From Promethearchaeia archaeon (lineage in GTDB: Archaea > Asgardarchaeota > Lokiarchaeia > Sigyniarchaeales > SOKP01): 64,000 bases of DNA. Position numbers and translations under genes: made by a program. The notes under the pieces are model-generated. The model saw nothing but the letters and a program-made list of their open reading frames with translations, did not search any database and was not told where the DNA came from. The stretch lies in the NCBI GenBank assembly GCA_046483985.1, contig JAWOCD010000017.1:46024-110023 (forward strand), given 5' to 3'. Within the stretch, counting starts at the first letter, position 1; every line of letters begins with the position of its first letter. Below, piece by piece: positions 10,869 through 19,800 of the stretch.

Positions 10869-12272
10869 CTAGACTTTTTCCAGTATACCCTTTGCCGCAA
10901 TGATACCCGTCACTGCAGCACCCACGATTCCCCGGGAAAGTCCCGCCCCATCCCCCGCAAAAAAGATATCTTCGATCTGCTTTGCCTCGAGAAATTCGTT
11001 AGTCTCTACACGTTTTGCACTACGTTTAAATTCTGGGGCATAAATAAGAGTACTATCATTATTTACCCCAGGGATGACCTTATCAAGTACCGCTAATCCT
11101 TCTAAAATATCGCATACAAATCTGTATGGATATGCCATAGCAATATCTCCTGGAGTGTTTTCCTTCAAAGTGGGTTGAACGGGATTTCGGTCAATTAATG
11201 ATGTCCGCGACCTATGACCGCTCCGTAAATCACCAAGAGTCTGCAGGAGGGGTTTATATCCTCCCAATATGGATGTTTGCTTAGAAATCGAACGCCCATA
11301 CTCGGTGGTATCCTCTAAGGGACTTGTAAGTTTTTGGCGGATTAAGAATGCAAAATTAGAATTGTCCGAATTTCCTTCCACGGTTAGTTGATGCCCGTTT
11401 ACCCCCACAATATTTTTATCATAATGTTCTCTGACCACAGAGCCTTTATGGTTCACGCAGAAAGTTCTAACAAAATCGTTGTAAGTGGGAGTGATTATAT
11501 GGAATTTAGGGTCCCGCTGAATGTCTTCGCAGATATCTTCCATGATAATGGCGGGAACCTCTACTCGTACTCCGATATCTAATGGCATATACTGAGTCTC
11601 AATTCCCACCCGTTCACATTCTTCTGCCAACCAGACCATCCCCCATCGACCGGGCGCAACTAAAAGGTAATCAAACGATTTTTCCTTACCGCTTTCTAAA
11701 ACTACTTTTTTCTGCTCATTAAAACTCATGACCATAGTATTGGGAATAATATTAATATTGTGGTGGGAAGTTAAATAATCTCTGATATTAATTAACACTT
11801 TTGGGGTGTTCTTCGATCCTAATACGCGTTGCTTGATTGGGATAAATTTAATATCCGCGGCTGCGCATTTTTTCCTTAATGCTCTTAACTTTTCCTTATT
11901 CTGATATGGATCAAAGTATTGCTCAGGGGCGCCATTCTTGACAAAAAAATCATCAATACTTGCAATAAGCTCTTCGGCATTTAATCCAACCCGTTCACAT
12001 AAGTCTTCAATATCTCCGCCGATTTTTTTGTTCAAATTCAAGATTCCCGAAGAATAACAACCTGCTCCACCGACTCCGCTCATAATGCGGCAAGGGTCAC
12101 ATTTTTTGCATTCGATCTCTAATTCTTGATGGGGGCACATACGATTTTCAATATCGGGGCCCGCATCAAACATAGTAATTTCAAGATCGTCATGGTTCGA
12201 TTTTCCCAATTCGTTAGCTGCAAAAATTCCCGCACTGCCCGCACCGATGATACCGATTTTTATTTTACTCAT
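10869..12272 (-). CDS. FAD-dependent oxidoreductase (COG2509-like)
   Basis: IIGAGSAG, GVGGAG, DIGVRVEVP, VRTFC, AGDGAGLSRGI. Confidence 0.85.
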   Translation of the reverse strand: MSKIKIGIIGAGSAGIFAANELGKSNHDDLEITMFDAGPDIENRMCPHQELEIECKKCDPCRIMSGVGGAGCYSSGILNLNKKIGGDIEDLCERVGLNAEELIASIDDFFVKNGAPEQYFDPYQNKEKLRALRKKCAAADIKFIPIKQRVLGSKNTPKVLINIRDYLTSHHNINIIPNTMVMSFNEQKKVVLESGKEKSFDYLLVAPGRWGMVWLAEECERVGIETQYMPLDIGVRVEVPAIIMEDICEDIQRDPKFHIITPTYNDFVRTFCVNHKGSVVREHYDKNIVGVNGHQLTVEGNSDNSNFAFLIRQKLTSPLEDTTEYGRSISKQTSILGGYKPLLQTLGDLRSGHRSRTSLIDRNPVQPTLKENTPGDIAMAYPYRFVCDILEGLAVLDKVIPGVNNDSTLIYAPEFKRSAKRVETNEFLEAKQIEDIFFAGDGAGLSRGIVGAAVTGIIAAKGILEKV

Positions 12273-12459
12273 TTCAATTCTAATTAATTTGCATAGTAAA
12301 ATATATTTTTGGCTTAAAAAAATAAGATTCCCTATCTTGGTTTAAAATGAATAAGAATTGGAAAACAACCAAAAAGCAGCCCTTAATCATTCTTCTAAAC
12401 AGAAAAACTTTCTCTAAAAAGAGCAAAAACGTAAATTTAACGATTTCAATATTTCCCTT

Positions 12460-13422
12460 CTATTGAACTGAAATATACGTTTCATCCATTATATTCTCGC
12501 TGGTATCGACTTTCTCCACCAAACCTTGTGCTATAAATTCTTGAAGATGATGATAGATCATCCCACCATCCCATAATAAATAGAGATCTTTAATCAGTGG
12601 ATTAACGCGGTTTTCAGAGCGAAGTACCCACCTATAGGTCAGATCTCTAATCGATTTGGGCTCGCTTGGAGAGAGGGCAGCAAGTATTTTTTCTCCATTT
12701 TTGTTGATTTTGGTCCGTATCCTATCAAAAAAATCTTGTTCTTTTTCCAGATAAACCTTCCCGTGGGCAGGATTGAGAATATACGTATCAGCATGATAAA
12801 TTTGTTCCAATTTATCAATAGAGTTACGATATTCTGGCAGATTGCTATTAAAGTCTCCATAATAGGGATGACTTCCGATATCGCTAACATAAAAGACATT
12901 CGCGTCCGAGGAATTCTTTGCTTTAATGGCAAATGCCGTGTGTCCCGGGGAATGACCTGGAATGTGAAGTGCCTCAATAGTATAATTGGATAACTCGACT
13001 ATGTGCTGTGAAGGATTAAATGTGCTCACCTTTTTACACGGTTTAAATTTCATATAATCCTCAGCTAGGGATTTATAAGACTCAGTCAGCCCTAATTCGC
13101 TAAAACCCACTCTGTCCATTATATTTTTTAGGGAGGTGAGGTAACCTTTTTCTTGCTCAGGACAGAGAATCGTCCCGTCATAGTTTTCTTGTATGTAATA
13201 TGCATGGGCAGTATGGTCCAGATGACAATGAGAAAAATAGCATACAGGATTAGGCAGGGCAGAATATAACTCATCGATATTTGATAACGGGTAATTTCCA
13301 TCAATTAGAAGATCAAGGTTTTTAGCATCATCTTGAATTAGTAAGCTGTTTAACTTATTCGTACGGTCAGACTTTTCTCGCACTAATGTAATTTCCTTAG
13401 AATATGACTTCCGCTCGAACAT
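12460..13422 (-). CDS. MBL-fold metallo-hydrolase with possible C-terminal wHTH
   Basis: SHCHLDH, PGHSPGH, SD, PAHG. Confidence 0.85.
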   Translation of the reverse strand: MFERKSYSKEITLVREKSDRTNKLNSLLIQDDAKNLDLLIDGNYPLSNIDELYSALPNPVCYFSHCHLDHTAHAYYIQENYDGTILCPEQEKGYLTSLKNIMDRVGFSELGLTESYKSLAEDYMKFKPCKKVSTFNPSQHIVELSNYTIEALHIPGHSPGHTAFAIKAKNSSDANVFYVSDIGSHPYYGDFNSNLPEYRNSIDKLEQIYHADTYILNPAHGKVYLEKEQDFFDRIRTKINKNGEKILAALSPSEPKSIRDLTYRWVLRSENRVNPLIKDLYLLWDGGMIYHHLQEFIAQGLVEKVDTSENIMDETYISVQ

Positions 13423-13634
13423 CGATTCTCTCTTCGTTTTTTTCCTTTTCCTTAAGATAGGTAGGTTTTTATAAGATAGTATAGCGCAGTTTAAATTTTT
13501 TCATGTACTGAATGCAAGTTTAAAGAAGATCGTACAATAGAAACGAGGATTATTTGTTATCGTTAAAATATGCATAATTTTTGAACATAGAAAGAGGTTG
13601 TACCATCAAGTTTTGTCCAATGGTGATGAGGCTA

Positions 13635-13826
13635 CTAATCTTTTTTCTTCCAGTTTCTACAAATAATGCATTGCCATATCTGGATGTACTTTTGACCAGA
13701 ATCCGAGGAGGCAGATTTATCAACTATGGTTCTTTTGGCCATAGTTCCACCACACTTGGGGCAAAAAACCATATCTTCAGTTGTCTGTGAATTTTGAGTA
13801 GCCATTTTTTTTTCTCCTGAAACCAT
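13635..13826 (-). CDS. Small Zn-ribbon protein
   Basis: CPKCGG...WQCIICR. Confidence 0.6.
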   Translation of the reverse strand: MVSGEKKMATQNSQTTEDMVFCPKCGGTMAKRTIVDKSASSDSGQKYIQIWQCIICRNWKKKD

Positions 13827-14137
13827 TTTCCTATAAAAGTAAGGGTTTATCGCACCTATAAAAGACGATAATATCTATATTAATACCTTAACAAATTTAT
13901 AAAACCCTTTTATAAATATATATTTAATATATCATTTCTTTTATTTAAATGTTTGTTTAAGCAAAGGAAAATATTCCGACAAATCCAAATATTAAAAAGA
14001 TTATTCACTTTGAGATAAGTTTGAAAGATCTGCTAATTTTGTCTAATATGATTTGAACCAAATATTACACTAACTCTTAAGTTGGGGAAACTTGGACTAC
14101 TTATCAAATTCTCTAAATATTAATTATTTAACCATTA

Positions 14138-14163
14138 TCTTCCTCTAGGAGGGGAGGCTTCAA
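14138..14163 (+). mobile_element. Degenerate IS605-type right-end remnant
   Basis: TCCTCTAGGAGGGGAGGCTTCAA aligns with the minus-strand TCCTTTAGGGCGGGGAGACTTCAA ending at 63734; ends in TCAA. Confidence 0.5.
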
Positions 14164-14220
14164 TCAAAAATTATTAAAATACATTAGGAATAATGTCTTA
14201 TATTTATATGTGGTATTAAA

Positions 14221-14451
14221 GTGAACAAAAAGAAACCAAAATGCGTGGTCTGCGGAATGGAATTAGAATATAAGAGTTCCAATAAGCAGCTAAAATGTTC
14301 AAAATGCAATGCCTCGTATGACCCCGAGATTTTCGAAGTAGAAGAAGAAGGGAATAAGAAGAAAATTCAATTTAAAAGAATAAAGATAGTGGGCGCGGTG
14401 TTAGCTGCATTTTATCTGTTGTTCATACTGAGCAGACTAATTTTGTATTAA
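14221..14451 (+). CDS. Zn-ribbon protein with C-terminal TM anchor
   Basis: CVVC...CSKC and a hydrophobic tail. Confidence 0.6.
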   Translation: MNKKKPKCVVCGMELEYKSSNKQLKCSKCNASYDPEIFEVEEEGNKKKIQFKRIKIVGAVLAAFYLLFILSRLILY

Positions 14452-14563
14452 TGTTTATCCATATTTTTTCCTCTGATTTTCTCTCCAGCAATACAATAAT
14501 AAAACTAATAAACTTTAAAATCAAAATTAATACAAGTTTACAGAATAATACTTAATAAGAATA

Positions 14564-15439
14564 GTGAAGAAGATGCCGATTAGTGAAGATTTGATAATAA
14601 TCGAGTCAAAAGCTTATGTGAATATGCTTTTACATGTGTTACGCTTCGGCTCCGATGAACTTGATAAGAAATTATGGAGAGAGGTAATGGGGGTTTGTGT
14701 GGGGGAAATTGATGAGAAAAACGACCAAGTGGTTATCCACGATGCTATTCCTATAACTCACGGAAAAAAGGTGGAAGTGGAATATTCTGAAAATGACTAT
14801 GCACGCGTTGAAATGCTTCAAGAGGAGTTTCCCGAGGGACAGTTTATTGTTGGCTGGTATCATTCTCACCCCGGGATGGGGCCGTTTCTTTCGGAAGTGG
14901 ATAAGGTCAATCAAATCTATTGGCAAAATGTGAATGCAAAAGCAGTGGCATTAGTCTTTGATCACACATTGCTTTCAGATGAGGGGCACGATGGATTGGA
15001 GATTTTTCGTCTTACAGACGTGGAAAAAGGAAATAAGAGTGATTTCCATGGCGTTGATTACAAAGTCAAGCCCCCAGAAGATAAGTCAATTTATCGGAAA
15101 TTCGTTGAGATAGCAAATAACGTCCATAGAGAAGATCCCATTATGATGGAGGAAGGCGAGGTGGTAGATATGTTTGAAAAGATGAGCATTGGCACGGCAA
15201 AAAAGCCTGAAGAAGATGATCTTAAATCATATGTAATCAATAACACCACGATGATGCTCCAAACTATCAGGGATTTAAAAAATTCCATGACCACCGGAGT
15301 TACCCGATTGCAGAATTGGTTTGAAAAGGGGCTGCGGGAAGGAATAAAGGATCCCCTCAACGACTTAGAATACGAGTTCTGGCAATTAAAGAAACAGATT
15401 AAGAAACAGACTGGAATCGAAGACGATGAAGATTCTTAA
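14564..15439 (+). CDS. MPN+/JAMM metalloprotease, Rpn11/CSN5-like, with C-terminal helical extension
   Basis: EVMGVCVG and VGWYHSHPGMGPFLSEVD = complete E...HxH-x7-S-x2-D motif. Confidence 0.88.
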   Translation: MKKMPISEDLIIIESKAYVNMLLHVLRFGSDELDKKLWREVMGVCVGEIDEKNDQVVIHDAIPITHGKKVEVEYSENDYARVEMLQEEFPEGQFIVGWYHSHPGMGPFLSEVDKVNQIYWQNVNAKAVALVFDHTLLSDEGHDGLEIFRLTDVEKGNKSDFHGVDYKVKPPEDKSIYRKFVEIANNVHREDPIMMEEGEVVDMFEKMSIGTAKKPEEDDLKSYVINNTTMMLQTIRDLKNSMTTGVTRLQNWFEKGLREGIKDPLNDLEYEFWQLKKQIKKQTGIEDDEDS

Positions 15440-15746
15440 TTTTCTTTTTCTCTTTTAATTTTACCATCCTTCTAATGCTCTTATTTAGATTTGAACTATC
15501 ACGTCATAAATTTCAATGAGCATAACGAAATGTACAAACTCTTTCGTTTTTAATGAAATCATTAGTTGAAAGTTGGTAAAAAGACTCAAGTATCGCTACG
15601 GGGGAAGCCTAAATTATTACTTTTAAAGTTTACGCAAAACTTTAAATATATTGCTTGAACTTTAAATATCGAGGGGGAAAGAGCCCTATTTTGTCACTAT
15701 TTCAAATACATATATTTATATATCACCATAAGTTTTAAGATAATAC

Positions 15747-15857
15747 AATTGGAATGAGAAAATTGTTTACGAAAAAGTGCACTAGAAAGGTTCTATACCT
15801 TTAGAGTGCCGTTATAGCTGAGCTATAACTAGTAAACGAAAAAACTCGATTCCAATT
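15747..15857 (+). ncRNA. Candidate structured ncRNA (three-way junction), family unknown
   Basis: Nested stems AATTGGAAT/ATTCCAATT and TTGTTTAC/GTAAACGA enclosing two hairpins; TATA-like element upstream, T-tract downstream. Confidence 0.45.
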
Positions 15858-15948
15858 TATAAAACTTTTTTCTTTTCACATCATTAGTGGTTCAATCGAT
15901 TTAATCAATTTAAATTTTGAAAAACTTGATGGGGTTAAATCTTTTCAT

Positions 15949-16593
15949 TTACTTTTTCTTTAATCCTTTGCAGATCTTCAATAACCCTTCAAAACCCTCT
16001 AATGTCCATTTTCCATCAATACGTCGATATGGAAACTTTTGGCATGCAATAGGCTTTATGGGATGAAGAACACAGAGGGAATCTTCCAGAAATATACAAT
16101 CTCCCGTGGGATCTGTTTGAGCAATATACGATAAGCCCAAGTCCATCGCGTGTAGCGTGGTTTGAAAATCTTTCGGAACGAATTTAGGCCATGACCACTT
16201 ATACGGTCTCGGAAATAGATAGATATCTCCCAAAGCTTTGTGTTTGCGATGTTTACCTTCCCCCATATATTCATGATGGTTGAAAAGAAAATCGTAAATT
16301 TTTTCTGTCTTCGGGATATCAATTAGTTTCGCACATTTTTCAGGATTGTTTCTCACGTATGCCATAAAATCTTCGTCCCATTCCGATTTCCATGAAGAAT
16401 TATTCAAGCCAATAATGGAAATCTTTCTCGGATCGACTTGAAGGTTCTTATATACACCAGTTCTACTTTCTTGTTTCCAAACAAGTAAATCTTCTTTAAA
16501 AATAGGAACGTACCACCCTTGACGACAACAATTGCCGCATTGCACGCACTTGAACTTGTACTCCGAATGCTTTGATTTTTTCATAACTTCCAA
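15949..16593 (-). CDS. YkgJ-family cysteine-cluster protein
   Basis: FKCVQCGNCC...CIFL...CVLHPIKPIACQKFP. Confidence 0.85.
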   Translation of the reverse strand: MEVMKKSKHSEYKFKCVQCGNCCRQGWYVPIFKEDLLVWKQESRTGVYKNLQVDPRKISIIGLNNSSWKSEWDEDFMAYVRNNPEKCAKLIDIPKTEKIYDFLFNHHEYMGEGKHRKHKALGDIYLFPRPYKWSWPKFVPKDFQTTLHAMDLGLSYIAQTDPTGDCIFLEDSLCVLHPIKPIACQKFPYRRIDGKWTLEGFEGLLKICKGLKKK

Positions 16594-16755
16594 AGTCTAA
16601 ATTTTCTTAGAATCTTTCCAGGTAAAATAGTATTAAAATTCATTTATTTTTTTCTGTGGCAAATTCTGCTTGAATTTCGCGAAGAATTATTAGGATTTAA
16701 TTCGTGATAAAAGAATTATGCAAGTTCATGTGCATTATCTGAAATTTAAAGGGAT

Positions 16756-18645
16756 CTACTTAGTTATCCAAATCGGTGAGAGCCAAGCCATGTGATTATC
16801 GGGCAAATGAATTCGCACATAGTAGAACATAAATTCCTGGGATTTTTCAGGATGCATAAATGTGTCTTGAAAAAAATCGGAATTATCTATGAATGTTTCC
16901 TTAAATGAGTGAGTATCGGGCTCTAAACTTGCAAAAATTTCATTATTCCGAATTAATTCAACTTTTTTAATAGTTAATCCGCTAAACACTTTAATAAGAA
17001 TCTCTCTTTTCGTTTTAAGGTGTGAATTTTCTTCTAAGTCTATGATATCTCCTAAAGAATGTCTGTTAATCCAAAAATTACCAATAATCCGTGGACCTGT
17101 AGTTCCGTAACATTTTCTGCTTTTCAGTGCTTCCCAAATATTCTCTTTGGTTAGATCTTTTGCCCAGACACCAAGAATTCCGGGGGGATAGATGCCGTTG
17201 CGGACATCAATGGGTCCAGAAGGATAAATTCCATAGTGATCGTCCCCTCCAGCAGTAAATCCCAACTTATTCCCCTGCTTTAGGGCGGTTTGGACAAAGC
17301 CTTCTTCTTTTTCTAAAACGGGCCCCCTTTCATCACCGTATTTTCCCCAACTGTATAATTTATAACGTGGTGGAAGTATATTTCCATCCCGATATGAGTT
17401 TTCTTGATTCCCCCATGAAGAATATATCTCCACTAGATCTTCAAGAGAATCGTCAGAAAAAGTCCAATCTCGGTAGCCAGGTCTTACCGCGGTATGATGA
17501 GCTATCAAAAGGACTTGATCCCGATATCTTTTGAGATACTTAAAGAGTTTTGGAATCGAATTATATTTATTTAGTTCTGACCTGAGAATCGGTAAATTGT
17601 CGGACCGGTGATAGATACAGACATCTCCAAATCCTCCAGTATACCAGCTTCCCCATTCATATCCGAAAAAGCTAACAAAATCGTCTCGTTTATTATATTT
17701 GCGCACTATCTTTTTGATGTGGGAAAAATCAGCATCGGTAGTTTCCCAAGAGTGATCGTGCTCTGAGCACGTTCCAAAATCCAACTTAGCGTTAATAAGA
17801 TTTTGAAAATATTGTTCTGCACTGATCATTCCATCACTCTTTCGGGTATGCCCATGAAGAAAACCCCAGTATAACTGACGGTCTTCACCTTTTAACTTAT
17901 TGACACATAAAATCGGATTTGAGTCAAAACTTTGATATTGCGTAGAAACACGAATCTTAAAGAGTCCCGGTTTATGAATTTTCTTACTTTCAATAGTCAT
18001 TATTCCATTTTGCGGATTGGGTTTGAGCCTTTCACTAATTTGTTTAAAAATAGAGGAGTTATGAATTAGAGCAATATTTAATAACTTTTGATATTTTTCA
18101 ATGGGATTGTAATATTTGTCTTCAAATCGGATAATAAATTTAAAAGGTTCGCCAGCCTCCACCATGGAGGGACATAAGATTGTTAAGTGATCGAACTGCT
18201 CTGATTCAACCGTAACTGTTGGCGGATTTTCGACATATAACACCTCACCATTCGGTAATCGGACAATTATTTCAATCCGTTTGTTCTCTTCAATAATCGA
18301 TTGAACTAACGTGTGGTGAATGTTAATTTCAAAGGTTGTCATCTTCTCAATTGGATCACTCATAACCAAATATTGGACGTAAAATTCCTTCCCAGTACAG
18401 AGCATGGGAAATAACTGAGAAGCCGATTCCGTTTTAAGTTGGAAGTAACCATCAAACCCAGAATCAAAGGGTTGAACCTTATACCAATCATTTTTATTAT
18501 TTCTCCCTCCGCGAAAGCGAAAGGTAATTGTTGAACTATTCGGTAACGTTTGGGGGAATGTAAATTTCATGGATATATCCGCTTTTGATCGAACTTGAAT
18601 ATGTTGAGGCTCGATTGTTTTATCAAAAATTTGAATATACTTCAT
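16756..18645 (-). CDS. DUF3604/PHP-like metallohydrolase
   Basis: WGFLHGHT..SDG, SEHD, GYEW, HH, VEIYSSWG, GFTAGGDDH, CYGTTG, AWLSPIW. Confidence 0.8.
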   Translation of the reverse strand: MKYIQIFDKTIEPQHIQVRSKADISMKFTFPQTLPNSSTITFRFRGGRNNKNDWYKVQPFDSGFDGYFQLKTESASQLFPMLCTGKEFYVQYLVMSDPIEKMTTFEINIHHTLVQSIIEENKRIEIIVRLPNGEVLYVENPPTVTVESEQFDHLTILCPSMVEAGEPFKFIIRFEDKYYNPIEKYQKLLNIALIHNSSIFKQISERLKPNPQNGIMTIESKKIHKPGLFKIRVSTQYQSFDSNPILCVNKLKGEDRQLYWGFLHGHTRKSDGMISAEQYFQNLINAKLDFGTCSEHDHSWETTDADFSHIKKIVRKYNKRDDFVSFFGYEWGSWYTGGFGDVCIYHRSDNLPILRSELNKYNSIPKLFKYLKRYRDQVLLIAHHTAVRPGYRDWTFSDDSLEDLVEIYSSWGNQENSYRDGNILPPRYKLYSWGKYGDERGPVLEKEEGFVQTALKQGNKLGFTAGGDDHYGIYPSGPIDVRNGIYPPGILGVWAKDLTKENIWEALKSRKCYGTTGPRIIGNFWINRHSLGDIIDLEENSHLKTKREILIKVFSGLTIKKVELIRNNEIFASLEPDTHSFKETFIDNSDFFQDTFMHPEKSQEFMFYYVRIHLPDNHMAWLSPIWITK

Positions 18646-18842
18646 CTAATTATTAAAATCCTCTCTGAATTAAAAACTAAATTTTCTTGGGCATTCCATA
18701 TCATTTTGAAAACATTAAGGAAATATTTATTTCCTATTTCTAACAATTGATAGACCGTTTGGCTATATGCGTAATAAATATGATCTCTTTTTAATCAAGA
18801 AAGATTAATAGAAATAAAATCTAAAATAGCTTTTAATTTTTG

Positions 18843-18858
18843 AAAAAAAAAAAAAAAA
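18843..18858 (+). repeat. A16 homopolymer upstream of the roadblock gene
   Basis: 16 consecutive A between an AT-rich TATA-like element and the ATG at 18880. Confidence 0.8.
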
Positions 18859-18879
18859 TATTGAACAGAGGTTTGGTCA

Positions 18880-19260
18880 ATGTCTCAAAAAATGGAAAAA
18901 GTAAATAATTTATTAAATGACCTTGAAAATAAAGTTCCAGATATTTTGGGTTCTGCAGTTATAAGAACAAACGGGTTGGTTATTGCTTCTGCTCTTCCGA
19001 GCGAAACAAATGAGCGTATGATTGCCGCAATGTCAGCAGCACTTCTTGGAACTTCGAAAAGAACTGCCGAAACCTTATTTGAGGGTGGAAAGTTTAAAAG
19101 CTTAAATCTTGAACTTGATAAAGGGGATCTCTTTTTAATCGGTGCAGGAAGGGTGATATTGGTAGCACTCACCAAGAAGGAGCCTAATATCGGATTAGTT
19201 ACACTCGAGATGGAAGATAAATCAAAAAATATTAGTCAAATATTCCAAATGGAGGATTAA
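18880..19260 (+). CDS. Roadblock/LC7 (MglB/LAMTOR-like) protein
   Basis: GSAVIRTNGLVIASAL...IAAMSAALL...PNIGLV. Confidence 0.9.
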   Translation: MSQKMEKVNNLLNDLENKVPDILGSAVIRTNGLVIASALPSETNERMIAAMSAALLGTSKRTAETLFEGGKFKSLNLELDKGDLFLIGAGRVILVALTKKEPNIGLVTLEMEDKSKNISQIFQMED

Positions 19261-19264
19261 ATAA

Positions 19265-19732
19265 ATGTCAGAAGAAAAAATAGGCGAATTAAAATTTATT
19301 GCATCGATGTTCCGGATGGCTATTGAGGAGTTTAACAATGTAATGGGACCTGAAACAATTCAGACGATCTTTAGACTTATTGGAGAAAATCAAGGAAAGG
19401 AAGTTGCCAAGCGAATGCGAGAGAAGTTTAATCTCGAAAACTGGACATCATCCGATTTTGCCGAGAAATTTCCTAAGGACGTGTTAGATCCTGTTCTTGG
19501 AGAAGGCAACACAATTGTAAATGTAGAAGGCAATAAAATTTCACTTGTCTTAAAAGAATGTCCATTCCAACGTGCTGGAATCGATATTAGCAACCAATTT
19601 TATTGCACATACACTACAGGATTGATCGAAACGACGGCTCACGAATTATTGGGAGATGTTGAATTTGCCACTCAAAAATTGCGGGCCAAAGATGGAGTCG
19701 ATTGTACTTTTACTCTGGAGATAAAAAATTAA
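19265..19732 (+). CDS. V4R / methanogen-output-domain-like protein
   Basis: ECPF...FYCTYTTGLIE...GVDCTF Cys pattern; 4 bp downstream of the roadblock gene. Confidence 0.7.
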   Translation: MSEEKIGELKFIASMFRMAIEEFNNVMGPETIQTIFRLIGENQGKEVAKRMREKFNLENWTSSDFAEKFPKDVLDPVLGEGNTIVNVEGNKISLVLKECPFQRAGIDISNQFYCTYTTGLIETTAHELLGDVEFATQKLRAKDGVDCTFTLEIKN

Positions 19733-19800
19733 CAAAGGAATTACTTATGAGTCTATCTATAATTCTAAAAGATTAACTTATTTTTGAATTTTTATTATTT

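Noticed and set aside
13832-13914. Imperfect inverted repeat TATAAAAG..GGGTTTAT / ATAAAACCCTTTTATA
   Set aside because: AT-rich and gapped; too weak to call an operator or MITE
15747-15857. Hammerhead ribozyme or tRNA reading of the structured element
   Set aside because: No CUGANGA/GAAA core at the junction; no TTCRA loop or cloverleaf
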